64,000 nucleotides of DNA from Spirochaetaceae bacterium (GCA_051531975.1 JAOPTT010000011.1:1-64000), one strand, 5' to 3'; counted from the first letter of the stretch, positions 19,823 to 29,813 are shown. Made by a program: numbers and translations. Notes: generated by a model not told the origin, from the sequence alone.

Positions 19823-20815
19823 ATGAAAGGAATTAAAATATACAACGTACCAGTAGATATAAAAGAGGATGTCTCTAGGATGTTGCAGTTAAATATTGAT
19901 ACTGCCTTTTTAGGAAATGAAGCTTCATTAAATAAAAAATTAATAGATTCGATCAAAGAAGTTGGAATAGATGTTTTTTTAATATGCCCTGTCTTTTATA
20001 ATCCTGAATACCTTAGAGATAATGAGGACAGTTGGTCCATTACACAACATGATAAAAAGGCTTCTGAATCATGGGTTCAATTTGTCTGTCCAACAAATAA
20101 AAAATATCTAACTTATCTGAAGAATAAAATTATCGATCTGGCAAAGTTAATGAATCCATACGGTATTACACTAGATTTCATACGTTTTTTTACATTCTGG
20201 GAGATGATAGAACCATCGACACATAGTGTAAATATCAGTCATGGTTGTTTCTGTGATAACTGTATAAAGCAGTTCTCTAAACATAATTTTATACCGGAAA
20301 ATCTAACAAAAATTGAACGGAATAAGTGGATTATTAGAGAGGTTCCAGAAATGTGGATACAATGGAAACAGAGGGTTATTTTATCTGTAGCAAAAGAACT
20401 TATAAAGTCCATTCATAGTGTGAGCTCAGATCTTAAAACTGCAATTCATATAGTTCCCTGGATAACTAACGAGTTTAATGATGGTCTTAAATCTATAGTT
20501 GGTCAAAATACAGATAAACTCTCCAAGATAACAAATTATCTAACACCTATGGCATATGCTCCTATGTGTAAAAGGGAGTCAATATGGATAAATGAACTGG
20601 TATGTGATCTACAATCTCACTCCAAGGTTCCAATAATTCCCTCGATTCAAGTATCAAAAGCCTATGATGAAGAAGAGGTTACTCCTAAAAGGTTTAAATT
20701 AGATCTTGAATCAGCTACAAAGTATCCATCCAAAGGTGTTCTATTATGGTCCTGGGAGTCCCTTCTAAAATCCCCAGATAAATACAAGATTTTTAAAGAG
20801 TTTAAAAAAAAATAA
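19823..20815 (+). CDS. Putative TIM-barrel glycoside hydrolase-like protein (GHL/DUF187-like)
   Basis: FVCPT...Y, GITLDFIRF, CFCDNC...F, PMAY and terminal LWSW pattern seen in GH-like TIM barrels. Confidence 0.6.
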   Translation: MKGIKIYNVPVDIKEDVSRMLQLNIDTAFLGNEASLNKKLIDSIKEVGIDVFLICPVFYNPEYLRDNEDSWSITQHDKKASESWVQFVCPTNKKYLTYLKNKIIDLAKLMNPYGITLDFIRFFTFWEMIEPSTHSVNISHGCFCDNCIKQFSKHNFIPENLTKIERNKWIIREVPEMWIQWKQRVILSVAKELIKSIHSVSSDLKTAIHIVPWITNEFNDGLKSIVGQNTDKLSKITNYLTPMAYAPMCKRESIWINELVCDLQSHSKVPIIPSIQVSKAYDEEEVTPKRFKLDLESATKYPSKGVLLWSWESLLKSPDKYKIFKEFKKK

Positions 20816-20956
20816 AATAGATAGGCGTTCCCCTAGTAAAGCTTCGCTTTATTGTTTTAATTAAAAAAATCAAAGAATTTCATTACATTGTAGAAAATAT
20901 ATTTGATTAAAACAGAGAATAATTGTTTACAGCTAGTAATAATGTTATATATTAAT

Positions 20957-21052
20957 GACATAAGAAATCGTTATAATTCCATAATCTAGGATTGGAATCT
21001 GTATTAGGCAGTATTCTATAATAATATTGATGCCTGCCTAAAAGATAATGTC
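20957..21052 (+). ncRNA. Candidate structured leader RNA, purine-riboswitch-like three-way junction
   Basis: Three pairable stems and loops AATCTAG and CTATAAT resembling purine aptamer L2/L3; see finding. Confidence 0.35.
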
Positions 21053-21081
21053 CTTACAGTTTTAAATATAGGAGAGATAGA

Positions 21082-22263
21082 ATGATATATGATTTTAATA
21101 AATTCGTATCAAGAGTTGGAACCCACTCTATTAAGTGGGAACATATGCCAGAAGTAGAAGGGGTGGAAAAGGATAAACTATTACCTCTATGGATTGCTGA
21201 TATGGATTTCCCATGTGCCAACCCTATTATAGAGGCTATGCATAAACGAATTGATCGACAGATTTTTGGTTATAGTTCAGCAAATGAGTTTAATTATCTG
21301 CAAAGTATCAGAGGCTGGTTTTCTAAGCGTTTTGACTGGACAATTGATACAGAAGATATAAAACATTCTCCAGGAATTGTTCCTGCATTGGCTATTTTAA
21401 TAAAAGCACTTACCAAACCAGGAGATGGAGTTATTGTTAATCAACCCATTTATTATCCTTTTATGAGTGTTATAAAAAATAATGATAGAGTCTTATTAAA
21501 TAATGAATTATTAGAAAAAGACGGAGAATATTTTCTCGACTTTGAAGATTTAGAAGAGAAGGCATCGAAACCAGAAACTAAAATGATGTTTTTCTGTAGT
21601 CCACATAATCCTATAGGTCGGGTATGGACAGAAGAAGAGCTTAATAAAATTATTACAATCTGTTTAAAACACAATGTTTATGTTATTTCTGATGAAATTC
21701 ACTGTGATATAGTAAGAAAAGGTGTAAGACATATTCCTATGGCTAAATTAAATAGTGATGAGAGAATAATTACATGTACTGCTGCAAGTAAATCCTTTAA
21801 TTTAGCAGGGATGCAGACATCAAGTATTATTATAAGATCCCCTAAATTACAGAAAAAGTGGTTGATGGAGATGCAGACTAGATGTTCGCTTTTTGGTGCA
21901 AATCCTATAGCTCTTGTTGCAACACAAGCGGCTTATAATCATGGGGAATCGTGGCTGGAGCAGGTAAATGACTATATCGATAAAAACCTAGAATTTACAG
22001 CTGAGTTTCTTAAAAATAATATTCCTAAAGCTAAATTTATATTACCTGAAGCCACATATTTTGCATGGATTGATTTTAGAGCATATGGTTTTACTTCTAA
22101 AGAACTAGAAGATAAGGTTTTAAAAGAAGGAGGGGTTCTATTGGATGAAGGATATATCTTTGGAGCACTGGGAGAGGGTTTTGAACGAATAAATGTAGCA
22201 TGTCCACGGTCTATATTAGAGCAGTGTTTAATACGTATAAAAGAGGTTCTAATCGGTAAATAA
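21082..22263 (+). CDS. patB: MalY/PatB family PLP-dependent C-S lyase (cystathionine beta-lyase)
   Basis: WIADMDF, CSPHNPIGRVW, SDEIH, SKSFNLAG (PLP Lys), RINVACP. Confidence 0.93.
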   Translation: MIYDFNKFVSRVGTHSIKWEHMPEVEGVEKDKLLPLWIADMDFPCANPIIEAMHKRIDRQIFGYSSANEFNYLQSIRGWFSKRFDWTIDTEDIKHSPGIVPALAILIKALTKPGDGVIVNQPIYYPFMSVIKNNDRVLLNNELLEKDGEYFLDFEDLEEKASKPETKMMFFCSPHNPIGRVWTEEELNKIITICLKHNVYVISDEIHCDIVRKGVRHIPMAKLNSDERIITCTAASKSFNLAGMQTSSIIIRSPKLQKKWLMEMQTRCSLFGANPIALVATQAAYNHGESWLEQVNDYIDKNLEFTAEFLKNNIPKAKFILPEATYFAWIDFRAYGFTSKELEDKVLKEGGVLLDEGYIFGALGEGFERINVACPRSILEQCLIRIKEVLIGK

Positions 22264-22401
22264 ATTAAAATGCAATAATCGCAAAAAGACTGTTTATTTA
22301 TTCTATATATTCAGAAGAACTTAATGAAGATAAAACTGAATTTGTAGAGGTGAAGAGGCACTCTGAATATGGTTAAATGGTTCTAATCTATATTTATGAT
22401 C

Positions 22402-22444
22402 CATATACCTTAGAATGTGAGTTAGATAAATACTAAGGTATATG
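22402..22444. terminator. Hairpin between convergent patB and sulfatase genes
   Basis: 12-bp inverted repeat CATATACCTTAG(22402-22413)/CTAAGGTATATG(22433-22444). Confidence 0.6.
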
Positions 22445-22463
22445 AATTGGTGATAATAGAGGG

Positions 22464-23858
22464 TTAGAAATAAGCAGCCCAGAACTTTTTACTAACATCG
22501 CTATCAATGTCATTCCACTGTTTTCTCTGTTTTTGAAGTTCTAGTTTTAATTTCTTTAGGATTTCACAATATTCTGTACTTTTTGAAAGATTATTATTTT
22601 CCCAGGGATCTTTTTCTAAATTAAATAGTTGTGTCTTTTTACCATACTCACCAGCGTATTCAATTAGTTTAAAACCATCTTTTTTAACACTGCGTAATAG
22701 ATCAGCATAAGCAAAATATAGAGAATCTCTACTATTGGAAGAACTACCAATATTTAGATCATCAAATAAAGATATACCCTGATTTCCTTCAGGAACTTCA
22801 ATATTTAGTAGATCAAAAATTGTAGGATAGATATCTAATAGATAACATGGATTATTACTAATTTTATCCTTTGGAATACCAGGGCCAGTAAAAATTAAAG
22901 GTACTCTAATACTATGTTCATAGGCACTTTGTTTACCCATTAAACCATGTTGTCCCAAAGCTAGACCATTATCACCAGCAAGAATTATTATAGTATTTTC
23001 ATATACACCTTTATCTTTTAAGGTCTGTATAATATTTCCAATCTCAAAATCTAAGTGTGAAATCATTCCATAATATTCAGCTAGGTGGGTTTTTATCTCA
23101 ATTTTAGTTCTAGGGTAGGGTGCTAAAACTTCATCCCTTATCTGCCTTACTCCATACTCAAAATTATGTTCAGGTTTATAGTTTTCAGGAAGAGAAATAT
23201 CCTCTGGCTTATACATCTCCTGATACTCTTTTGGCATTGTTCTTGGATCGTGGGGTGCCATAAATGCTGTATATAAGAAAAAAGGTTTTTCATCTTTATA
23301 ATCTTTTAACCAATCAATCGCAAAATCTGCAAATAGTGTACTAGAGTGTTTACCAGGTGTTATATGATCACTTACCATATTATCAACAACCCTAGAGTGG
23401 AATGCATCAGATATATAAGGAACAGAATAATCATAGTTTCCTGTAGGGTCAAAGTTACATGCTGGAATATTCCAATGGTCCCACATTCCACCAAAGAATA
23501 TTTCACCACCACTTGTAAAACTTCTAGCATAGGAACGTGGTGAGTTATGCCATTTACCAATTCCACAGGTTTCATATCCTATTTTTTGTAGCTCTTCCCC
23601 TAAAAGGTTGTGCTCTTCAGGGATATAAGATCCATTATCTGCTAAATTAAACAGAGTTTTTCCTGTGTGTATCATGGCTCTACTAGGCATACATACAGCC
23701 CCACAGGTTCCCCCTGGGATGTGTGCATTAGTAAATGAAACTCCGTGTCTAACAAGTTCATCCATATTTGGTGTGGAGACTTCTTTGTTTCCAAGGGCAG
23801 CTATTGTATCAAATCGTTGATCATCAGTTAATAAAAACAGTATATTTGGTTTTTTCAT
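22464..23858 (-). CDS. Cys-type sulfatase (S1 family), cytoplasmic
   Basis: PNILFLLTDDQ, CMPSR (CxPxR), GKWH, APHDP, DNG, GK; no signal peptide. Confidence 0.93.
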   Translation of the reverse strand: MKKPNILFLLTDDQRFDTIAALGNKEVSTPNMDELVRHGVSFTNAHIPGGTCGAVCMPSRAMIHTGKTLFNLADNGSYIPEEHNLLGEELQKIGYETCGIGKWHNSPRSYARSFTSGGEIFFGGMWDHWNIPACNFDPTGNYDYSVPYISDAFHSRVVDNMVSDHITPGKHSSTLFADFAIDWLKDYKDEKPFFLYTAFMAPHDPRTMPKEYQEMYKPEDISLPENYKPEHNFEYGVRQIRDEVLAPYPRTKIEIKTHLAEYYGMISHLDFEIGNIIQTLKDKGVYENTIIILAGDNGLALGQHGLMGKQSAYEHSIRVPLIFTGPGIPKDKISNNPCYLLDIYPTIFDLLNIEVPEGNQGISLFDDLNIGSSSNSRDSLYFAYADLLRSVKKDGFKLIEYAGEYGKKTQLFNLEKDPWENNNLSKSTEYCEILKKLKLELQKQRKQWNDIDSDVSKKFWAAYF

Positions 23859-25372
23859 GCTTTTGCTGCCTCTTTCTTTTTAATCTGATGAGATTGATAA
23901 AGACTTAAAATTAGGGATATTGCCGAAATAATAAGGAAAGCAGCAGCAATTGGCTTTTGCATAAAGATTGAGTAGCTTCCCTTAGATATAATTAATGCCT
24001 GTCGTAAACTTGTTTCTGCTAAAGGTCCTAAGACTAGTGCAAGTACCATTGGAATAAGTGGGAAGTTGAACTTCTGTAAAACATATCCAGCAATACCAAA
24101 AATCAACATAACAAATACGTCAAACATTGTACTATTTACTGAGAATGATCCAACGACACAAAATATAAGCAATAAAACAGTGAAGAATTCTTTGTTTATA
24201 TTACAGATCTTTACAAAAAATTTAATATAAACTTTTGCTTGGAAGAACATAAGAATATTTACAAAAAATAGACTTAAAATAATACCATAAGTTACTCCTG
24301 CATGTTCACTAAATAGGGTAGGTCCAATAGGTAGACCATGCATTATTAATGCTCCCATCATAACTGCGGTTACTACATCTCCAGGTATTCCCAAGGTCAT
24401 CATTGGTATTAAAGTTGCACCTGTTATACCGTTATTTCCAGCTTCAGTTGCAGCAACACCTTCTAATGTTCCTTTACCAAACTCTTCTGGGTGTTTAGAA
24501 CTTCTTTTAGCTTCATTGTAACTTAAAAATGATGATAATATAGCTCCAGTTCCTGGTACAGCACCGATAAATGTACCGATGAATGATGATTTTATAATTG
24601 TTTTCATTGAACCCATAAGTTCACTTTTTGTTAATGGTTCTCCAGCTAGGTTTTTCTTTAGATCCATCTTCTCTTCAATACCAGCTTTCCATTTTTTATA
24701 TAAGCCTTCGCTAATATTCATTAATTCAGAAATGGAAAATACACCAACAAGTGCTGGTACTAAATTTATCCCAGCCATTAGGTTGTAACTACCAAATGCC
24801 ATTCTTGGAGTTCCCATTATTGGATCAATACCTACCATACTGATAAATATACCAACCAAGCCAGATATAATCCCTTTTAATAGGTTATTACTACAAACAG
24901 AAATTATAATACTAAGACCAAAAATCGCTAATGCAAAAAACTCAGCAGGACCAAATTTTATAGCCAGTTTTGCGATTTGTGGAGCTACAACTAATAGAAC
25001 CACTGTACTTATTAAGCCCGCCATAACCGAAGCTATTAATGCCATATTTAGCGCTTTAACTGCTTTACCTTTTTTAGTTAATTGATAACCCTCGATAGTA
25101 GTAGCAGCAGCAGCTGGTGTTCCTGGTGTATTTATTAATATTGCAGTTATTGAACCAGCATAATTACCTGCACAATATGCACCTAATAAAAGTACCATCC
25201 CAGATACCGGATCCATTCCAAATGTTAAAGGTAATAACAATACTATAGCCATTAATACGGTTAAACCTGGTATTGAACCAAAAATCAGACCAGCTAAAAT
25301 ACCTATGTTCATCATTGCTAAAACTTTTAAAGATAATAGGCTTGAAAGCCCTTCAAGTATATTTGTTAACAT
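23855..25372 (-). CDS. tctA: Tripartite tricarboxylate transporter large permease TctA
   Basis: IPGL, NTPGTPAAAAT, PGTG, TEAGNN, TLGIPGD; start placed at ATG 25372 after AGGAG. Confidence 0.93.
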   Translation of the reverse strand: MLTNILEGLSSLLSLKVLAMMNIGILAGLIFGSIPGLTVLMAIVLLLPLTFGMDPVSGMVLLLGAYCAGNYAGSITAILINTPGTPAAAATTIEGYQLTKKGKAVKALNMALIASVMAGLISTVVLLVVAPQIAKLAIKFGPAEFFALAIFGLSIIISVCSNNLLKGIISGLVGIFISMVGIDPIMGTPRMAFGSYNLMAGINLVPALVGVFSISELMNISEGLYKKWKAGIEEKMDLKKNLAGEPLTKSELMGSMKTIIKSSFIGTFIGAVPGTGAILSSFLSYNEAKRSSKHPEEFGKGTLEGVAATEAGNNGITGATLIPMMTLGIPGDVVTAVMMGALIMHGLPIGPTLFSEHAGVTYGIILSLFFVNILMFFQAKVYIKFFVKICNINKEFFTVLLLIFCVVGSFSVNSTMFDVFVMLIFGIAGYVLQKFNFPLIPMVLALVLGPLAETSLRQALIISKGSYSIFMQKPIAAAFLIISAISLILSLYQSHQIKKKEAAKA

Positions 25373-25382
25373 AACTCTCCTA

Positions 25383-25859
25383 CTAGATAATACCAAACAG
25401 GCCTAATTTAGGCAGTCTGATATTTAAAAGTACATCTATAACGATGTATATAAAAATAATTATCCCAGCTATAACAAAATAGTTAGTTAATTTCCTCTCT
25501 TTCATTACGTACATAATAGTTGGTAGTACAATGAATGAAGCGATAAAATAACCTACATAAAACATTAAACCTGCATATGTTAACATTAGTAAAAAAACAA
25601 TAAATGGAAATTTAATGAATTTTGCTTTTGAATAGGATATTTTTTTTGACGTTTTTTCTTTGAAAAATAGGTGTATAGATTGTCCTATCATAATAATACC
25701 CATTAAAAAAATTATCTTCGCTACTAAGTGTGGAACAGCTTGTGGAGATACTCCAGCCAATGTTTCAGCCTTAATCTGTGTTGATGCAAGTATGTACATA
25801 GAAACACTTAGAATTATTACGATAAAACCAGTTATTAGTTTTTCAACATATAGTCTCAT
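25383..25859 (-). CDS. tctB: TctB family small permease
   Basis: About 4 TM helices, PQAVP and C-terminal LNIRLP; located between tctC and tctA. Confidence 0.82.
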   Translation of the reverse strand: MRLYVEKLITGFIVIILSVSMYILASTQIKAETLAGVSPQAVPHLVAKIIFLMGIIMIGQSIHLFFKEKTSKKISYSKAKFIKFPFIVFLLMLTYAGLMFYVGYFIASFIVLPTIMYVMKERKLTNYFVIAGIIIFIYIVIDVLLNIRLPKLGLFGII

Positions 25860-25913
25860 TCTTACTCCTGAAAAGATCTGGCTAAATACCAGACCCTCTC
25901 TATTTAATATTGT

Positions 25914-26843
25914 CTAATTTCCGAAATATGTTTCAAAGAAATCAGCTTCAGATCTAACTTTTGCTTCTAGATCTTTTCTATTAGCTCCGTAGATATCTAT
26001 TTTTGAGTTTTTAATAAACTCCTTAAAATCAGCATCCATTAAAAGTGTATTAAATCCTGTTGCTAATGTCTCAACAATTTCTTCTGGTGTATCCTTAGGA
26101 ACATATAAACCATTATATGATTCTAATACAACGTCATATCCAAGTTCTTTTGCTGTTGGTACACCTGGTAGAAGGGCTGATCTTTCAGAACTTAAAATAC
26201 ATAATACTTTTAAGTCTTTCATACTTCCAACAATTGTTGTTCTTGAGTCAGCAATATCAACGTGTCCACCTAATGCAGCAGTACTTGATTCATTTGAACC
26301 AGAAAATGGTACATGATCTCCATTTACACCCATTTGCTCTAATAACATTCCGATTGCAGCACCTGGACCACTACTTGCTCCTGGAGAGCCGAAAGAAACT
26401 GTATCCATTTTAGCTAAATCAGCTAATGAATTGATTCCTGAATCCTTACTTGTTACAAGAAGAGTATGTTCTAATGTAACCCCCAAAACTGGTTTAAAAT
26501 CATCAATTGAATAATCAACATCAATTTTTTGTGGAGTTAATGTAAACTGACCACCTGATGCCCACATAACTGTATAACCATCTGGTTTAGCAATTTTGGT
26601 ATTCATAACACTTTTAGTACCAGCAGCACCAGATTTATCAATAATAACAACTGATTGACCAAAAACCTCTTCAGCTTTCTCTACAAAAACCCTCGCCTGT
26701 GTATCAGAACTACCACCTGGAGGCCATGACATATTTAACTCAATTGTTTTTGATGGAAATTGTGCTTCCTCTCCAGCTCCATTTGCAAATAAAACACCAC
26801 AGCTAATAATTGTTGTTAATAATAACAATAAACATTTTTTCAT
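25914..26843 (-). CDS. tctC: TctC/Bug family substrate-binding protein
   Basis: Signal peptide, PPGGSSD, GAAG, PDGYT, PF.GS.E..TA.LGGHVD, PGVPT..E.G. Confidence 0.9.
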   Translation of the reverse strand: MKKCLLLLLTTIISCGVLFANGAGEEAQFPSKTIELNMSWPPGGSSDTQARVFVEKAEEVFGQSVVIIDKSGAAGTKSVMNTKIAKPDGYTVMWASGGQFTLTPQKIDVDYSIDDFKPVLGVTLEHTLLVTSKDSGINSLADLAKMDTVSFGSPGASSGPGAAIGMLLEQMGVNGDHVPFSGSNESSTAALGGHVDIADSRTTIVGSMKDLKVLCILSSERSALLPGVPTAKELGYDVVLESYNGLYVPKDTPEEIVETLATGFNTLLMDADFKEFIKNSKIDIYGANRKDLEAKVRSEADFFETYFGN

Positions 26844-26881
26844 TTAAATATTCTCCTTTGAACATTGTTGATAAAATTAAA

Positions 26882-27002
26882 CTTTTTAATCCAGTGAAAT
26901 AAAGTACTCGCTAAGTGTTATAGGACACTAGTATTGCTAAGTCTGAAATTAGTATATGGTCGAATTTTAAGGTTGTCAACTTATTTTTATGCCTTTAATA
27001 AG
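26882..27002 (-). promoter_or_regulatory. tctC promoter flanked by two ROK (NagC-like) operator candidates
   Basis: Minus strand TTGACA(26979-26974)-17-TATACT(26956-26951); CTT-N17-AAG sites at 26882-26904 and 26980-27002. Confidence 0.55.
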
Positions 27003-27019
27003 TAATTAAAAAAACAACT

Positions 27020-28231
27020 TTAGGAGAAGTTAAGAATACTCTGTAATACGAGTGCTGCTGCACCTTTAACAGCTGCGTGGTCAATTAATTTTGATTTAAG
27101 GAACTTTATCTCTCTACTGGTTCCTTTTAGGCCATGTGTCATAAAATAGTCTTTAATTACACTAAAATAAAAATTAGAGGACATTAGTTTACCACCTAAA
27201 ATGACCGCTTCAGGATTAAAAATATTTGTAATATTTGCAATGCTTATACCCAAAAGTTTACCAGCTTCAGTCAATATATCGATGCAGACTTTATCCCCAT
27301 TCATTGCATATTCATCAATTATTTTTACTGTAATCAAAGTTGGATTAGTTTTATATAATTCATATATTGAGGAAGTACTATTTTCTGTTAGATGATTTTG
27401 TAAGGTTTTAATAATACCTCTACTAGATACAAACTCTGCTAAACAATTCTTCTTCCCACACATACATAATCTCTCTTCGTAATTAATAGGTGGATTAGTA
27501 TATAAGTGACCTAATTCACCTGAGAAACCATCAAAACCTTGAAAGATTTCACCATTAATTAAAAGTCCTGCACCTAGGCCATAATCGACATTTATAAATA
27601 GAATGTCTTTCATGTCGTTGGATTCACCATAAAGATATTCATTAAGAGCTAATACCCGAGATTGATGATCAATAAAAATAGGGACATTAAAGGCATCCTG
27701 AATGGGTTCCTTAATATTTACATTATGCCATTTTTGAACAGGAGAGAATTCTATAGTACCTGTTTTTTTATTAATATAACCAGCAGCAGATATTCCAATA
27801 CCTTTCAAACGATCTAGAGGGAGTTCTACCTTACTTTGTAGTTCTTTAATTAGTTCAATTACGCTTCTAATATCTTTGTCTATTTCAGTAGAAAGATTAT
27901 ATGGATTACTTTTTTCTATAATTATTTCACCATTTAAATTTGCGGCTATTCCTTTTATGTGTGTTAATCCCCATTCAATACCTATTACATAACAACTTGT
28001 TGAGTCAAATTCTAAAATAACTGGTGGTCTACCACCACTGGATGTACCTATACCAACATTTCTAACTAAACTAGAATTAATTAATGAAGATACAATTCTA
28101 GTTACTGTAGGGGCACTTATTCCTGTTCTTTTAGTTAGATCAACACGGGATATGGGACCCTTATCTCTTATTGTATTTAATATAATACTTTTATTTTGAT
28201 CAAATATTAATTGGGAGGTAGTTTTTGCCAT
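27020..28231 (-). CDS. ROK family transcriptional regulator
   Basis: N-terminal wHTH ISRVDL..TGIS.PTV, GGRPP, GELGH...CMCGKKNCLAE. Confidence 0.93.
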   Translation of the reverse strand: MAKTTSQLIFDQNKSIILNTIRDKGPISRVDLTKRTGISAPTVTRIVSSLINSSLVRNVGIGTSSGGRPPVILEFDSTSCYVIGIEWGLTHIKGIAANLNGEIIIEKSNPYNLSTEIDKDIRSVIELIKELQSKVELPLDRLKGIGISAAGYINKKTGTIEFSPVQKWHNVNIKEPIQDAFNVPIFIDHQSRVLALNEYLYGESNDMKDILFINVDYGLGAGLLINGEIFQGFDGFSGELGHLYTNPPINYEERLCMCGKKNCLAEFVSSRGIIKTLQNHLTENSTSSIYELYKTNPTLITVKIIDEYAMNGDKVCIDILTEAGKLLGISIANITNIFNPEAVILGGKLMSSNFYFSVIKDYFMTHGLKGTSREIKFLKSKLIDHAAVKGAAALVLQSILNFS

Positions 28232-28459
28232 GCCTTATTCTATTCACTGTGTGAATAACTGTAAAGATACATATTTATCATTGTACTTTTAGGAGTGTTG
28301 TAGTTTGAATATTAATTAATTCTGATAATACCGAGTAATTATCTTCAAAAGGTGAATTTTATGAATTTTTAGTTGAGTTTGTAAATTGTAATGAGTATTA
28401 TTTAATAATAGCTACTGGAACAACCTTAATAATTTAGAATAAAAGTAACGGAGGAATAG

Positions 28460-29566
28460 ATGATTGAACAATCCACAATCCTAATAGTTGATGATACACC
28501 ACAAAATATTGATATACTGTTTGAAACACTAGGTGACACTTATTCAATAATGGTTGCAACAAATGGATTCGATGCTTTGGAATCAGCTTCTGAACAATTA
28601 CCAGATTTAATTTTATTAGATATAATGATGCCAGGGATGGATGGTTTTGAAGTATGTGAAAAGCTTAAATCCAATGTAAAAACTAAAGATATTCCAGTCG
28701 TATTTCTAACCGCTATGGGTGAATTAAAAGATAAAACAAAGGGATTTAAACTAGGTGCAGTTGATTTTATAACAAAACCTTTTGAGATATTAGAAGTAAT
28801 CGCAAGGGTTGAAACTCACCTATCATTAAAAATGGCAAAAGATCTACTAAAAAATCAAAACAGTGTTCTTGATAAGCTAGTAAAAAAAAGAACTTTAGAA
28901 CTGATGAAAACCCAGGATGTTACGATTAGAATGGCTGCATCTCTAGCTGAAACCAGGGATAATGATACTGGGAATCATATACTTAGAACTCAAAACTATG
29001 TTTCTGTAATCGCTAATAGATTATTTAAGGATTCTATATATTCAGCAGATCTGAATGAAGATAAAATTGATCTAATGGTAAAATCTGCACCCCTGCATGA
29101 TATTGGTAAAATTGGTGTTGCAGATAAGATTCTGCTAAAACCTGGAAAGCTTACAGATTTAGAATTTACAGAGATGAAGAGACACGCTGAATATGGAAAG
29201 AGCGCACTTTTAAAAGCTGAAGGAGAATTAGATGGTAATTCATTTCTTCATTATGCTAAAGAGATTGCATTTTCACACCACGAAAAGTGGGATGGAAGTG
29301 GTTATCCTATGGGTTTAAGTGGTACAAACATACCTTTATCTGGTAGAATAATGGCTGTTGCTGATGTTTATGATGCTTTAATATCTAAAAGAGTATATAA
29401 ACCTGCTTTTTCCCACACTAAGGCCTGTGAACTAATTGAGTCCAATCCAAATACTCACTTTGATCCAGTTATAATTAAGTGTTTTAAAGAAGTTAAAGAG
29501 GAATTTAGGCAGATTGCATTAGAATTTTGTGAATCAGAAGAACAAAAAAACACACTATTAAATTAG
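28460..29566 (+). CDS. Response regulator with HD-GYP c-di-GMP phosphodiesterase domain (RpfG-like)
   Basis: REC (VDD, LLDIMMP, KPF) plus HDIGK and HHEKWDGSGYP. Confidence 0.94.
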   Translation: MIEQSTILIVDDTPQNIDILFETLGDTYSIMVATNGFDALESASEQLPDLILLDIMMPGMDGFEVCEKLKSNVKTKDIPVVFLTAMGELKDKTKGFKLGAVDFITKPFEILEVIARVETHLSLKMAKDLLKNQNSVLDKLVKKRTLELMKTQDVTIRMAASLAETRDNDTGNHILRTQNYVSVIANRLFKDSIYSADLNEDKIDLMVKSAPLHDIGKIGVADKILLKPGKLTDLEFTEMKRHAEYGKSALLKAEGELDGNSFLHYAKEIAFSHHEKWDGSGYPMGLSGTNIPLSGRIMAVADVYDALISKRVYKPAFSHTKACELIESNPNTHFDPVIIKCFKEVKEEFRQIALEFCESEEQKNTLLN

Positions 29567-29598
29567 ATTTATTAAATTACAAATTATTAGGAGATTAG

Positions 29599-29805
29599 AT
29601 GTTTATTTTATTTGAGAAAAAAGATGGTTGTAAGATTGTTATTAATCATGAGCACATTATTTCAATTGATCAGTATGAGAGACAGGATAGGTATTCAAGG
29701 GTAACCGTTAATGCAACACTTAAAACTGGTTCTAACGTTATGCATATTGTCAAAGGTTCTTTGGCAGATGTCTCAGACAATATTATAGAGCTTTCAAAGA
29801 AGTAG
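29599..29805 (+). CDS. Small protein, possibly FlbD/SwrD-like
   Basis: 68 aa with AGGAG RBS; pattern I.IN..HI.SI...IV..S...V...I resembles the FlbD family. Confidence 0.5.
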   Translation: MFILFEKKDGCKIVINHEHIISIDQYERQDRYSRVTVNATLKTGSNVMHIVKGSLADVSDNIIELSKK

Positions 29806-29813
29806 GGCATAAC

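Noticed and set aside
22267..22376. Short open frame after patB (NAIIAKRLF...EYG)
   Set aside because: No start codon, RBS or recognisable motif
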